Notes under the pieces: model-generated
Told to the model about the DNA's origin: nothing
Seen by the model: only the letters and a program-made list of their open reading frames with translations
The model's database searches: none
Part shown: piece after piece, positions 50,990-60,064 of the stretch
Numbering within the stretch: the first letter of the stretch is position 1
Layout of the letters: each line of letters opens with the position of its first letter
Program-made: the position numbers and the translations under genes
Assembly: GCA_943787795.1 (NCBI GenBank)
Contig: CALSNU010000002.1
Span: 672,001 to 736,000 of the forward strand
Reading direction: 5' to 3'
Length of the DNA: 64,000 nt
DNA from: an uncultured bacterium
Lineage (GTDB): Bacteria; Planctomycetota; UBA1135; GCA-002686595

Positions 50990-51940
50990 CTACTCGCCGC
51001 CGCGCTCGCTGCTGGGCTCCTGATTCGGCTTCATTCCGGACCACTCGCGCCAGTGCTGGTCGATGGCGGCCTTCTCGCCAGGGCCGTCGTGGAGGAAGAC
51101 CCGATAGCGCAGGCGCAGGGTCTCGCCCTTCGCGAGCGCGTGATCGCCCGTGCCCTTGGGCTTGCGCTCGAAGTGGTGGACGCCGAAGGGGTTGGCGCCC
51201 ACGAGCCCGTAGTCCCGGGCGTGCCACCAGCTGGGATGGCGCAGGTTGTCGGGGTGGTCAAGGACCGCGACGCCGAGGACGCGAGTGTCGCCTTCGTGGG
51301 GGACGGGGCCCCAGTAGTCCACCCAGCGCGCCCGCTTGCCCCAGATGTCCTCGTCGCCCTCGCTGTTCATGGCGGTGCCCGCTGCCACCTCGCCCTTGGG
51401 GCGCAGGGCGGGGTGCAGCCTGAGCGCGAAGGTGCCCTCCTTGGTGTCCCCGAAGGTCACGTCCTCCAGCGCGGTGAGCCGGAGGTCGAGGTCGATGGCG
51501 CGGCCGCCCTCGAGGTCCTGGAACGTCATCGTTCGGGCCTCCTCCAGGAGGCTGACGTCCTCGCCCGTGACCCAGCGGTGCCTCGACGTCACGCGGGCGG
51601 CGCCGTCCTCCTCGACCACCACGACCTCGCCCGCGGGCGCGATCCGCGCGCCGTCCCGGTCGTGCCAGAAGTCGTGGCCGTTCACGTCGCCGTGGGCGAA
51701 CCAGAGCGACGTGTGGTGCGGGTGGTCCGAGGACTCGCCGCTGCGCCCCTCTTCCATGGGGAAGGCGCGGGTGACCTCGACGCCGCCGGGGCCGAGGACG
51801 GGCCAGAGGAAGGGCACGCGGTCTCCCTCGCCGTGGTGGAAGGTGGCGAAGGGCCCCGCCGGGGTGGAGATCTGGACCTCGCCCTCGCCGAGCGCGAGCG
51901 GGAGGGCGAGGAGGGCGGCGAGGGCGTGGGAGGGCTTCAT
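50990..51940 (-). CDS. DUF6807 (formerly Pfam 'PmoA') family secreted protein
   Basis: PFLWPV, DHPHHTSLWFAHG, FGDTKEG, WVDY, DHPDN..WHARDYG..ANPFG. Confidence 0.85.
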   Translation of the reverse strand: MKPSHALAALLALPLALGEGEVQISTPAGPFATFHHGEGDRVPFLWPVLGPGGVEVTRAFPMEEGRSGESSDHPHHTSLWFAHGDVNGHDFWHDRDGARIAPAGEVVVVEEDGAARVTSRHRWVTGEDVSLLEEARTMTFQDLEGGRAIDLDLRLTALEDVTFGDTKEGTFALRLHPALRPKGEVAAGTAMNSEGDEDIWGKRARWVDYWGPVPHEGDTRVLGVAVLDHPDNLRHPSWWHARDYGLVGANPFGVHHFERKPKGTGDHALAKGETLRLRYRVFLHDGPGEKAAIDQHWREWSGMKPNQEPSSERGGE

Positions 51941-52005
51941 GGGGTCGAGGCTATCGGGGTCTGGCGCGCGCGGCGATAGTAAGCCGTCTCCCCAGGAGGA
52001 CCCCC

Positions 52006-52932
52006 TTGAACCAGATCGCCGCGCTCCTCGCCCTCGCCCCGCTCCTCGCCATGTCTGCCTGCTCCACGACCGCCGCCCGCGCCGGGGACGGACCGTTGAT
52101 CCGGGTGGCGCACCTGGGGTCGGAGGGCGCCGATCCGGAGGGCTTCGCCGCCCTGCGGACCTCTTTCGCCGCGGCGAACCCGGGCTATGACGTGCAGTGG
52201 ACCGAGGACCTCGCGGCCCTGCCCGCGGAGGACAGGGATCGCGTCGCCTTCGTCCAGTCGGGCGATCCCGCCAGCGAGGCCCTCGGGGTGGGGGACGTCG
52301 TGCTGCTCCGTCCGGGCCAGTCCCACGCCGCGCCCCAGGGCTGCCGCGCCGTGGTGTTCGCGGTCCCCGAGCCGCTCCCCGCGGAGCTGCCCGCGGTGAT
52401 CCGGCCGGACTGGGACGAGAACATCACCGATACGCCTGGCGGCTGCGCTGAGGAGACGGGCGCCTATCGGCGGATCCTGCTCACCTGGCTCCCCACGGTC
52501 GGCCCCTACGTCTACCGGGCGCTCAACTGCCATCGGGTGCGCATCACCGACTCCTTCGCCCACTACCACCCGTTGGTTGGGGGCTTCGACGAGTTCTACC
52601 TGGTGCAGATGGTGCAGCCCGGCGCGGTCCTCTACACGAGCACCAAGGTGGCGCGCATGGAGGATCCGGGGTCGGTGACCGCGGACGAGGCGGCGGTGAT
52701 GATCGACCGGCATGAGCTGGCGGTCGGCGACCTGGTCTACCTGCCCAGGGGCACCATGCACCGGGGCTTCGGCGGCGTCCTCGCCCAGATCATCACCACG
52801 CCCGGCTTCAAGCCGGGGGCCGAGATCGGGCTCGACCACCACCTCAAGGCGATCAACGACCGCCTCGCCCTCGAGGGTAAGGCCGCGCTGCCCTACCGCG
52901 AGAAGTCCGCGGGTCGCGCGGTGGTCAAGTAG
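52006..52932 (+). CDS. Cupin-like lipoprotein
   Basis: MSAC lipobox; HYH..DEFY and GDLVYLPRGTMH cupin motifs. Confidence 0.7.
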   Translation: MNQIAALLALAPLLAMSACSTTAARAGDGPLIRVAHLGSEGADPEGFAALRTSFAAANPGYDVQWTEDLAALPAEDRDRVAFVQSGDPASEALGVGDVVLLRPGQSHAAPQGCRAVVFAVPEPLPAELPAVIRPDWDENITDTPGGCAEETGAYRRILLTWLPTVGPYVYRALNCHRVRITDSFAHYHPLVGGFDEFYLVQMVQPGAVLYTSTKVARMEDPGSVTADEAAVMIDRHELAVGDLVYLPRGTMHRGFGGVLAQIITTPGFKPGAEIGLDHHLKAINDRLALEGKAALPYREKSAGRAVVK

Positions 52933-52942
52933 CCGGGACGCC

Positions 52943-54202
52943 TCAGCGCCCGGTCGGCGCCGCGGCCCCGGCGGCCCCGGCGGCCGGGCGCTCGAGCTCG
53001 ACGAAGGCCCGCCAGACCGCGTCGTCCCCGTCCAGCGCGCGCGGCGGCAGCGGGTGGGAGGCGGTCGTGGCCGTGAGCTGGCTGCGGTCCAGGACCGTCA
53101 AAGGGCCCTCGAGGAGGAGCCCGTCGCGTCCCAGCATGGCGGCCCGGTCCAGGCCGAGCGCGTCCGCGAGGAAGGCGACCACCGCGCGGCGCTTGCTCGG
53201 GCCGTAGTCGTGCTGCTCGTCGGCGAAGTGGGCGTTGTTCACCGCCTCGGGCGCGCCCAGGGCGCGGTACACGTCGCGCAGGTAGGGATACTCCACCTGG
53301 GGCGTGTTGCGGGTCCAGTCGCCTCCCACGGACACGAGCAGCTGCGGGCGCGGCGCGGCGAGGGCCGCGAACTCGACGTTGCTGATGCGCAGACGCGGCC
53401 CCTGTGCGTCCGCGGGGACGTCATGGACGGGCAGGCCGGACTCGCAGTCGCAGCCGCCGAAGAAGTGGGCGGAGACCATGACCACCGGGGCGCACACGCC
53501 GATGCGCGGGTCGAGGGCGGTGGCGAGGAAGGTCTGGGTGCCGCCGCCGGAGGAGCCGGTCATGGCCACGCGGTCCGGGTCCACGTCGAGGTGCTCTAGG
53601 GCGGCGTCGAGGATCCGCATGGAGTTGAAGGTCTGCAGCGCCGTGGTCTCCGGCCGCCGGTGGGTGACCTGGTGGGACTCGCCCCAGCCCATCATGTCCC
53701 AGGTGATGACCACCGCGCCGCCGCGAGCGAGCAGCCCCGCCAGGCGCTGGACGTCCCCCTGGAAGCGACCCTCGGGGTCCGTGTCCGTGCCTCGAAAGTG
53801 GCCGTGGCTCCGCAGGACCAGGGGGCGGGGGCCCTCGCTGGCGGCGGGCTCGTAGACGTTGGCGTGCACGAACAGGCCCGGCAGGGTCTCGAAGCGCACG
53901 TTCGACACGGCGTAGCCGTCCAGCGCCCGCTGGCCCGTGGTCTTGACGCCCACCTCTCCCGCCGCGGGGAACGGATCGAGCCGCAGCATCTTCGCCAGGT
54001 GTCGGCGGATGCGCCCGGACCGCGCCTCCCAGGAGCCCCGGTCCGACCAGGTCCCGCGCGCCTCGGCCAGCGCCCGGGCTCCGACCTTGTCGCCCACGTC
54101 GTGGGGTCCGGGCCACGGGTCGTCCTGGGCCGCGGGGGCCGCGCTCAACAGCAGCGCGACGATCCCGGCGGCGGGCGCGAGGCGTCGTCGGCGTGCGGTC
54201 AT
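52943..54202 (-). CDS. Alpha/beta hydrolase, acetyl xylan esterase-like
   Basis: HGH, WDMMGWGES, TGSSGGGTQ, GGCDCES, LAAPRP, GDWT, HDY. Confidence 0.88.
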   Translation of the reverse strand: MTARRRRLAPAAGIVALLLSAAPAAQDDPWPGPHDVGDKVGARALAEARGTWSDRGSWEARSGRIRRHLAKMLRLDPFPAAGEVGVKTTGQRALDGYAVSNVRFETLPGLFVHANVYEPAASEGPRPLVLRSHGHFRGTDTDPEGRFQGDVQRLAGLLARGGAVVITWDMMGWGESHQVTHRRPETTALQTFNSMRILDAALEHLDVDPDRVAMTGSSGGGTQTFLATALDPRIGVCAPVVMVSAHFFGGCDCESGLPVHDVPADAQGPRLRISNVEFAALAAPRPQLLVSVGGDWTRNTPQVEYPYLRDVYRALGAPEAVNNAHFADEQHDYGPSKRRAVVAFLADALGLDRAAMLGRDGLLLEGPLTVLDRSQLTATTASHPLPPRALDGDDAVWRAFVELERPAAGAAGAAAPTGR

Positions 54203-54426
54203 GAGGGAGGAGGAGGAGCGGCGCATGGGGGATCGGCGACCTCCCAAGGGTAGCGGAGGTCCGTGAGACCGTCGGAGCGGTCCCTGCGGGGGCCGGTATC
54301 CTCGGGAACGGAGCGGCGCGCAGGGGCCGGCTCCCAAGACGTGCAACCCGAGCCCGAGAGCTCCACCCCATGAAGGACACACCCCGACGCGACCTCCGAT
54401 CTGGCCCCGGTCTCCTGCGAAGGGGG

Positions 54427-56301
54427 ATGCGCCTGGGACTGCTCCTGCTCTGCGCCGCGTCGGTCCCGGCCAGCGCCTCCGCGCAGATGCCGAAGGAGGA
54501 CGTGGTGGACGTCCCCGCCGTGGCGGAGGGCCTGTGCGTCAGCAACCTGTTCCAGACGAACATGGTCCTGCAGCGCGATGAGCCCATCGCCCTCTGGGGC
54601 TGGGCCGCTCCGGGGGAGCGCGTCACGGTCATGTTCGGCGGCGCGTCCGCTGCGGCGACGGCGGGCGATGATCGTCGCTGGCGGGTCACGCTCCCCGCGC
54701 AGCCGGCAAGCGCCGAGGCCGCGACCCTCGTGGTCCAGGGCAAGGGCGAGCGGCTCGAGCTCGGGAACGTCCTCGTGGGGGACGTCTGGGTGCTCGGCGG
54801 CCAGAGCAACATGGAGTTCGAGCTCGCCAAGGTGGAGAACGGCGCGCTCGAGATCGCGTCGGCCAACTACGACCAGATCCGGATCCTCACGGTGCCTTAC
54901 GGCAAGAGGGCCGAGCCGCGCATGGGCTTCCCGCGCCTCCACGAGTGGAGCGATTGGTTCGGCCGCCACTTCCGCAAGGGCGACTGGGACGTGTGCACCC
55001 CGCAGGTCGCGAAGGAGCTCTCGGCCATCGGCTACACCTTCGCGCGCCGGGTGCACATGGCCTCGGGCGTGCCCATCGGCGTGATCGACGCCTCGCGCGG
55101 GGGGACGACCGTCGAGTCGTGGACGCCCCGCGAGGTCCTCGACGGCATGTCGAGCGAGACGGTGAAGGCCAAGCTCGCGGACTGGGACCGCAAGCTCGCC
55201 GACTGGGACGCGGAGGCGGACCTCGCGACCCGGGTCCAGCGCCACCAGCAGCGCATGGCGCGCTTCGAGAAGGAGGGCCGCGCGGTGTCCGACAAGGACC
55301 GCGTCCCGCCCGCGGACCTCAAGCCGGGGCCGAAGGCCGACCAGAACCTCCCCGGCGCCTGCTTCGCCGGGATGCTCCAGCCCCTCGCTGGGCTCTCGGT
55401 CAAGGGCGCCATCTTCCACCAGGGCTACAACAACGCTCTGGACGGCATGCGCGGCGTGCGGCTCTACCGCGACGTGTTCCCCGTCATGATCGCCGAGTGG
55501 CGCCGGGCCTTCGGGGACGACCAGATGCCCTTCGGCATCCTCTCCCAGTGCACCGACGGCTACCCCCAGACCCGCGACGACTACCTGGAGAAGATGCTCA
55601 ACGCCGGGATCCATATCCGGGCGGAGCACTACCGGACCTTCCTCGATCTTCACGAGGCGGGGGACCGCAACATTGGCTTCGCGAGCACCTATGACCTGCG
55701 CCGGCGCTGGTACCACCCGCAGGTCAAGGTCCCCGCGGGCGAGCGCATCGCGCGCTGGGCGCTCTCGACCCAGTACGGCTTCGGCCGCCAGCTGCTCTGG
55801 AAGCCGCCGGCCCTCGTGGGGATGTCGGCCAAGGACGGCGCCCTGTTCCTCGAGCTGGACGCCGAGGTGATGGACCCCGAGGACGGCGTGATCGAGGGCT
55901 TCGCCATCGCCGGAGAGGACCGGCGCTTTCAGCCCGCCGAGGTCGCCTACGTGCAGAAGGGCGAAGACGACCGCGGCCGGCCGCGCCTTGACCGCAGACG
56001 TCTGGTCCTCACGAGCCCGCTGGTGGAGGCCCCGGTCCACTTCCGCTACGCCTGGGGCCGCAATCCCATGGGCAACCTCCAGGTCACCGGCAACAAGGAC
56101 CTGCCCTTCGCGACCCAGCGCAGCGACGACTGGGACATGGGCACGGTGCCGCTTGGGGTCCTGGACTCGAAGATCGACGGGGCCATGACCCGCAAGCAGA
56201 AGAACGAGGTGCGGCGCGCGCTCCAGGCGGAGGACGCGCGCCGTCGTGCGGCCGAGGCGGCCGCGCTGCTCGACGCCGCGGGCGGCGACGGGCAGCGCTG
56301 A
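54427..56301 (+). CDS. Sialate O-acetylesterase (SASA) family
   Basis: NMVLQRD, GDVWVLGGQSNM, GGTTVESW, HQGYNN, YHPQVK..GER, RYAW. Confidence 0.9.
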   Translation: MRLGLLLLCAASVPASASAQMPKEDVVDVPAVAEGLCVSNLFQTNMVLQRDEPIALWGWAAPGERVTVMFGGASAAATAGDDRRWRVTLPAQPASAEAATLVVQGKGERLELGNVLVGDVWVLGGQSNMEFELAKVENGALEIASANYDQIRILTVPYGKRAEPRMGFPRLHEWSDWFGRHFRKGDWDVCTPQVAKELSAIGYTFARRVHMASGVPIGVIDASRGGTTVESWTPREVLDGMSSETVKAKLADWDRKLADWDAEADLATRVQRHQQRMARFEKEGRAVSDKDRVPPADLKPGPKADQNLPGACFAGMLQPLAGLSVKGAIFHQGYNNALDGMRGVRLYRDVFPVMIAEWRRAFGDDQMPFGILSQCTDGYPQTRDDYLEKMLNAGIHIRAEHYRTFLDLHEAGDRNIGFASTYDLRRRWYHPQVKVPAGERIARWALSTQYGFGRQLLWKPPALVGMSAKDGALFLELDAEVMDPEDGVIEGFAIAGEDRRFQPAEVAYVQKGEDDRGRPRLDRRRLVLTSPLVEAPVHFRYAWGRNPMGNLQVTGNKDLPFATQRSDDWDMGTVPLGVLDSKIDGAMTRKQKNEVRRALQAEDARRRAAEAAALLDAAGGDGQR

Positions 56302-56316
56302 CCGCAACCCTCGCCG

Positions 56317-57729
56317 TCAGTCGTCGTCCTCCAGGGACAGCTCGTCGGCCGCGCCGGAGATCCCGAGGAAGGGATCCCACTTGGCGTCCACGAAGACCCC
56401 CTCCGCCAGGGCGGCGAAGAACTCGGCCTGGGTGATGACCACGTCGTTCTCGTCCCTGTGGACGGTCATCCCGTCGCTGCGGATCCCCGTCCCGAGGATC
56501 TCGAAGTCGACGGCCCCGCCGATGGTGACGGAGGTCACCGGGCCGCGCAGCCGCGCGTCGGTCTGGGGGTCGTCGCGCTCCAGGCGGCTCGCCACCGGCG
56601 AGGTCCCGTCGAGGAAGCCGCGCACCTGGACGAGGTCGCCCACGGACAGATCCGCCAGGGTGAACGGGTCCACGTTGGCGCTGCTGTCGTCCTCCAGCTC
56701 GGTCTCGGCCCGCACCTCCCACTGGACGCCCAGGACGGTGACCGTGGCGGCCGCGAGGTCGACGGCCTCCACCTCCCACTCCGTCCGGATGGCGCCGGTG
56801 GACTGGATCTCGCAGGTCTCCGCCACGAGGAACCCGTCGGCCGCGATGGCCCCCTTCACCTGGACCTTGACGTTGTCCGCGAGGCTGGAGACGTCGCCGT
56901 TGAGGAAGGTCGTGGCGCCGTCGGTGCGTACGGGGAAGCCGAGGACGCGGAAGTCCGCCGGGCTCGTGAAGTCCGTGATGTAGCCCTCCAGCTCGAGCCG
57001 CGCGCCCGCCTGGCCGCCGAGGCCCTCCACCGGCTCGACCTTGCTGGCCGCGAGGTCCGAGGGCGCCGTGAAGCCGGCCGGGGCGGCCTTGACCTCCACC
57101 CGGTCGCCGTCGGCGACCACGCCGCCGGGCAGGTTGCTCGTGTCCGCGCCGCTGTAGTCCACGGCCAGCCCGCCCAGGTCGAAGGTCGTCCCGGTGGCGT
57201 TGGCCGCCGTCCCCACGACCTTGTACTCGGCGAGCGCGCCCTTGGCCTCGAGGTAGGTGGCGACCACCGACCCGTCCGCGGTCCGCGGCCCGCTCACCTC
57301 GAGCAGGTCGCCGGGCGCGATGAGCTCCAGGGCCGTGCCGTCGACCACCGTCTGGGCGTTCACGCGCACGGTCTGCCCGAGGACCACGAGGGTGCCGAGG
57401 CCGAGCTCGGGGTCGCTCACGATGGCGGAGGTCACCGGCCCCTTGATCTCGGAGCGGTAGGTGAGCGCCGCGGCGACGCCGGTGCTGAAGTCGCCCTGGA
57501 CCTCGACCACCTGACCGACGCGGAGGTCGGACTGCAGGGCGGTGGCGCCGTCCTTGGTGATCGTCGCCCCCGACGTGTCGAAGTGCACGCCGTTCACGAT
57601 GACGCTGCCGAACCCGTCGATGGGGCCGGACGAGAAGCCGGTGGGGACGCCGCCGCTGCCGCTGATCCCGCCGCTGCAGGCGGCGATCAGGAGCGCGAGG
57701 ACCAGGGTCGTGAGTCGTTGGATGGTCAT
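56317..57729 (-). CDS. DUF5666 repeat lipoprotein
   Basis: IAAC lipobox; GGISGSG..GPIDGFGSVIVNGV; repeated LxxGDxVEVxG..A units. Confidence 0.88.
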   Translation of the reverse strand: MTIQRLTTLVLALLIAACSGGISGSGGVPTGFSSGPIDGFGSVIVNGVHFDTSGATITKDGATALQSDLRVGQVVEVQGDFSTGVAAALTYRSEIKGPVTSAIVSDPELGLGTLVVLGQTVRVNAQTVVDGTALELIAPGDLLEVSGPRTADGSVVATYLEAKGALAEYKVVGTAANATGTTFDLGGLAVDYSGADTSNLPGGVVADGDRVEVKAAPAGFTAPSDLAASKVEPVEGLGGQAGARLELEGYITDFTSPADFRVLGFPVRTDGATTFLNGDVSSLADNVKVQVKGAIAADGFLVAETCEIQSTGAIRTEWEVEAVDLAAATVTVLGVQWEVRAETELEDDSSANVDPFTLADLSVGDLVQVRGFLDGTSPVASRLERDDPQTDARLRGPVTSVTIGGAVDFEILGTGIRSDGMTVHRDENDVVITQAEFFAALAEGVFVDAKWDPFLGISGAADELSLEDDD

Positions 57730-57751
57730 GGATTCGATGGTGGTTTGCCGG

Positions 57752-58615
57752 TCAGTTCTGCACCGGTCCGGGAACGGCAGGTTCCCCCGGACGGCTCTCG
57801 TCGTGCGGGCTCTCACCCACGATCTGGAACGCCCCGAGTCCGAGGCTCATCCTCCGTTCCTCGTCCGCGGGGTGCTTCCCGCGGTCGCGCTCGGAGAGCC
57901 AGCGGTCGAGGTCCTCGAGGAGCGCCTGGGTGCGCTCCGCCGAGTAGCGAAGGAAGTCGTCCGCGCACCCTGCGGGCACGTTGTCGTACTTCACCTTGCT
58001 CTGGTACCTGCGCGCGCCAGGAGCGGCCTGCAGGTTGTGGTCGATGCTCTCCAGGAGCTCCGCCGTGTCAGTGCCGAGGATCCGGATGATCTCCGCCGGA
58101 TCCTTCGCCGGGACGTAGCCTCGCGCGGTCATCCGCAACTGGCCGGACACCTCCTCGAGGGCGCCGGCGGCGAGAAGCTCCTCCGCGATGGAGCGGGGCT
58201 TCATGTCTCCGCTGTGTCGCTTGCAGAGCTCGGTGAAGCTCCGCTCACCGGAGAGTGGGAGCGGGCGCGGGGTCCCGTCAGCGGCGTGGAAGTCAGGATC
58301 GCGGAGCCATGCCCCGAGGACGCTCGCGGCTCGATTCCGCCGCTCCTCGGGCGCGGGCACGGTCACCCCTCGCTCCCTGAGCAACCTCGAGACCTCCTTG
58401 CGGTGGAGTCCGGTGAGCACCGAGACACGGGCCTGGGTCGGCGGCTTGCCGTCGAGGCCGAACTCGTCGTGGGCCACGTGCACGAAGGTTCGGCGCACTA
58501 CCTCGGTCACAGCGTCACACGCCACCCCGTTCCGCAGGAGGACGCGGACGAGCGGTCGGAGGATCCGCGCAGCGGCCCCTAGCAGGGCTCCTTGGGAGTC
58601 GGGTCGAGCGTTCAT
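57752..58615 (-). CDS. DUF6502 family protein (N-terminal HTH-like)
   Basis: LRPLVRVLLRNGV, ARVSVLTGLHRKEV, VLGAW..DP, SFTEL, IDHNL, LDRWL. Confidence 0.88.
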   Translation of the reverse strand: MNARPDSQGALLGAAARILRPLVRVLLRNGVACDAVTEVVRRTFVHVAHDEFGLDGKPPTQARVSVLTGLHRKEVSRLLRERGVTVPAPEERRNRAASVLGAWLRDPDFHAADGTPRPLPLSGERSFTELCKRHSGDMKPRSIAEELLAAGALEEVSGQLRMTARGYVPAKDPAEIIRILGTDTAELLESIDHNLQAAPGARRYQSKVKYDNVPAGCADDFLRYSAERTQALLEDLDRWLSERDRGKHPADEERRMSLGLGAFQIVGESPHDESRPGEPAVPGPVQN

Positions 58616-58650
58616 GGGTCTGCCATCACCTTCGACCATCGTTGGGCTAG

Positions 58651-58670
58651 TGGGGGAAATTATTCCCCCA
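58651..58670. promoter_or_regulatory. 8-4-8 inverted repeat, candidate operator
   Basis: TGGGGGAA-ATTA-TTCCCCCA, 35 bp upstream of the DUF6502 start. Confidence 0.6.
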
Positions 58671-58858
58671 ATAGTCGCCGGAGGTTCATAAAGGGACGCC
58701 GGGGGGCCTGTCGCGGGCCTCAAGGGGTCTTCAGGGGCTCGAATTGGAGGTGCACGGGCGCCGACCGGCGGGGAAGATCGTGGATCCGCGTCATGATCCA
58801 TGGCGCCCTCCTCAAGGACGCCCCCCTGAGCCCGTCGCCACCGCTGGCGCAGGAACCC

Positions 58859-60055
58859 GTGACAGAGCCCACCCTCGACCTCGACCGCTGGCGGCGGCGC
58901 CTCTCCAACGAGCTGTGGGGGAGTGTGGTGCCCTTCTGGATGGAGCACTCCCTGGATCGGGAGCTCGGCGGCTACTTCAACCTGCTCGATCGAGACGGCG
59001 GGCGCTTCGGCGACGACAAGCACGTCTGGCTTCAGGGCCGTCAGGTGTGGATGCTCTCGAAGCTCTTCGGGGACGGAGGGGATGAGCGACACCTGGAGGC
59101 CGCGCGGCTCGGCGCCGAGTTCCTGCGCGAGCACGCGGTGGGGCCCGACGGGCGGGCCTACTTCCAGCTCCGCCGCGACGGCGCGCCGGTGGGGATCCAG
59201 CGGAAGATCTTCTCGGAGTGCTTCCTCGTGATGGCCTACGCGGAGTACGCCCGGGCCAGCGGCGACGCCACCTATCGCGTCCTCGCCCTGGAGCTCTTTG
59301 ACCGGGTCCTGGCTCTCGTGGACGATCCCACGCCCCTGGGGCGCCCGGTCCTCGCCGGTCAGCGGCCGGCCCAGGACCTCTCGGTCCCGATGATCCTCCT
59401 GAACCTCGTGGCGGAGTTGCGCGGTGCGCCGGGCTCCGACACCTTCGCGGATCGGCCCGACTACGACGACATCGAGCGTCGCTGCGTGGCGCGGATGCTC
59501 CTGCACTTCGACCGGGGGCGCGGCCTGGTCCGGGAGCAGGTGGCGCCGGACGGGACGCCCATCGACGCGCCCGAGGGTCGGCTCCTCAACCCCGGGCACG
59601 CGGTGGAGGCGGCCTGGTTCCTGGCCGAGGTCGCGCACCGAGTCGGGGACGCGGGCCTGGAGGCGGACGCCTTCGCCATGATGGAGGGGGCCCTGGACGC
59701 GGGGTGGGACGCCGAGCACGGCGGCCTCCTCTACTTCCTCGACGCGGACGGCTTCAGCCCCACCCAGCTCGAGTGGTCCATGAAGCTGTGGTGGCCCCAC
59801 TGCGAGGCCATGATCGGCACGCTCATGGCGTGGCGGCGCACCGGGGAAGCGCGCTGGTGGGAGAGCTTCGACCGCATCGCGACCTGGACCATGGACCGCT
59901 TCCCCGACCCCGAGCACGGAGAGTGGTTCGGCTACCTCACCCGCGAGGGCGAGGTCTCGCAGCGCTTCAAGGCGGGCCCGTACAAGGGCTTCTTCCACGT
60001 GCCCCGCGCCCTGTGGATGTGCGAGCGGTTGCTTGGTGCAGCGGGCACCGAGTGA
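58859..60055 (+). CDS. N-acylglucosamine 2-epimerase (AGE family)
   Basis: PFW..HSLD..GGYF, KHVWLQGRQVW, NPGHAVEAAWF, KLWWPHCE, GEWFGYL, KGFFHVPR. Confidence 0.93.
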   Translation: MTEPTLDLDRWRRRLSNELWGSVVPFWMEHSLDRELGGYFNLLDRDGGRFGDDKHVWLQGRQVWMLSKLFGDGGDERHLEAARLGAEFLREHAVGPDGRAYFQLRRDGAPVGIQRKIFSECFLVMAYAEYARASGDATYRVLALELFDRVLALVDDPTPLGRPVLAGQRPAQDLSVPMILLNLVAELRGAPGSDTFADRPDYDDIERRCVARMLLHFDRGRGLVREQVAPDGTPIDAPEGRLLNPGHAVEAAWFLAEVAHRVGDAGLEADAFAMMEGALDAGWDAEHGGLLYFLDADGFSPTQLEWSMKLWWPHCEAMIGTLMAWRRTGEARWWESFDRIATWTMDRFPDPEHGEWFGYLTREGEVSQRFKAGPYKGFFHVPRALWMCERLLGAAGTE

Positions 60056-60064
60056 TCCTGGCGC

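Noticed and set aside
50990..51940. Particulate methane monooxygenase (family formerly named PmoA)
   Set aside because: Soluble secreted protein without pMMO TM helices; no pmoB or pmoC nearby
57752..59998. 748-aa minus-strand ORF
   Set aside because: The N-terminal part is antisense to the AGE epimerase; only the DUF6502 part from about 58615 is real
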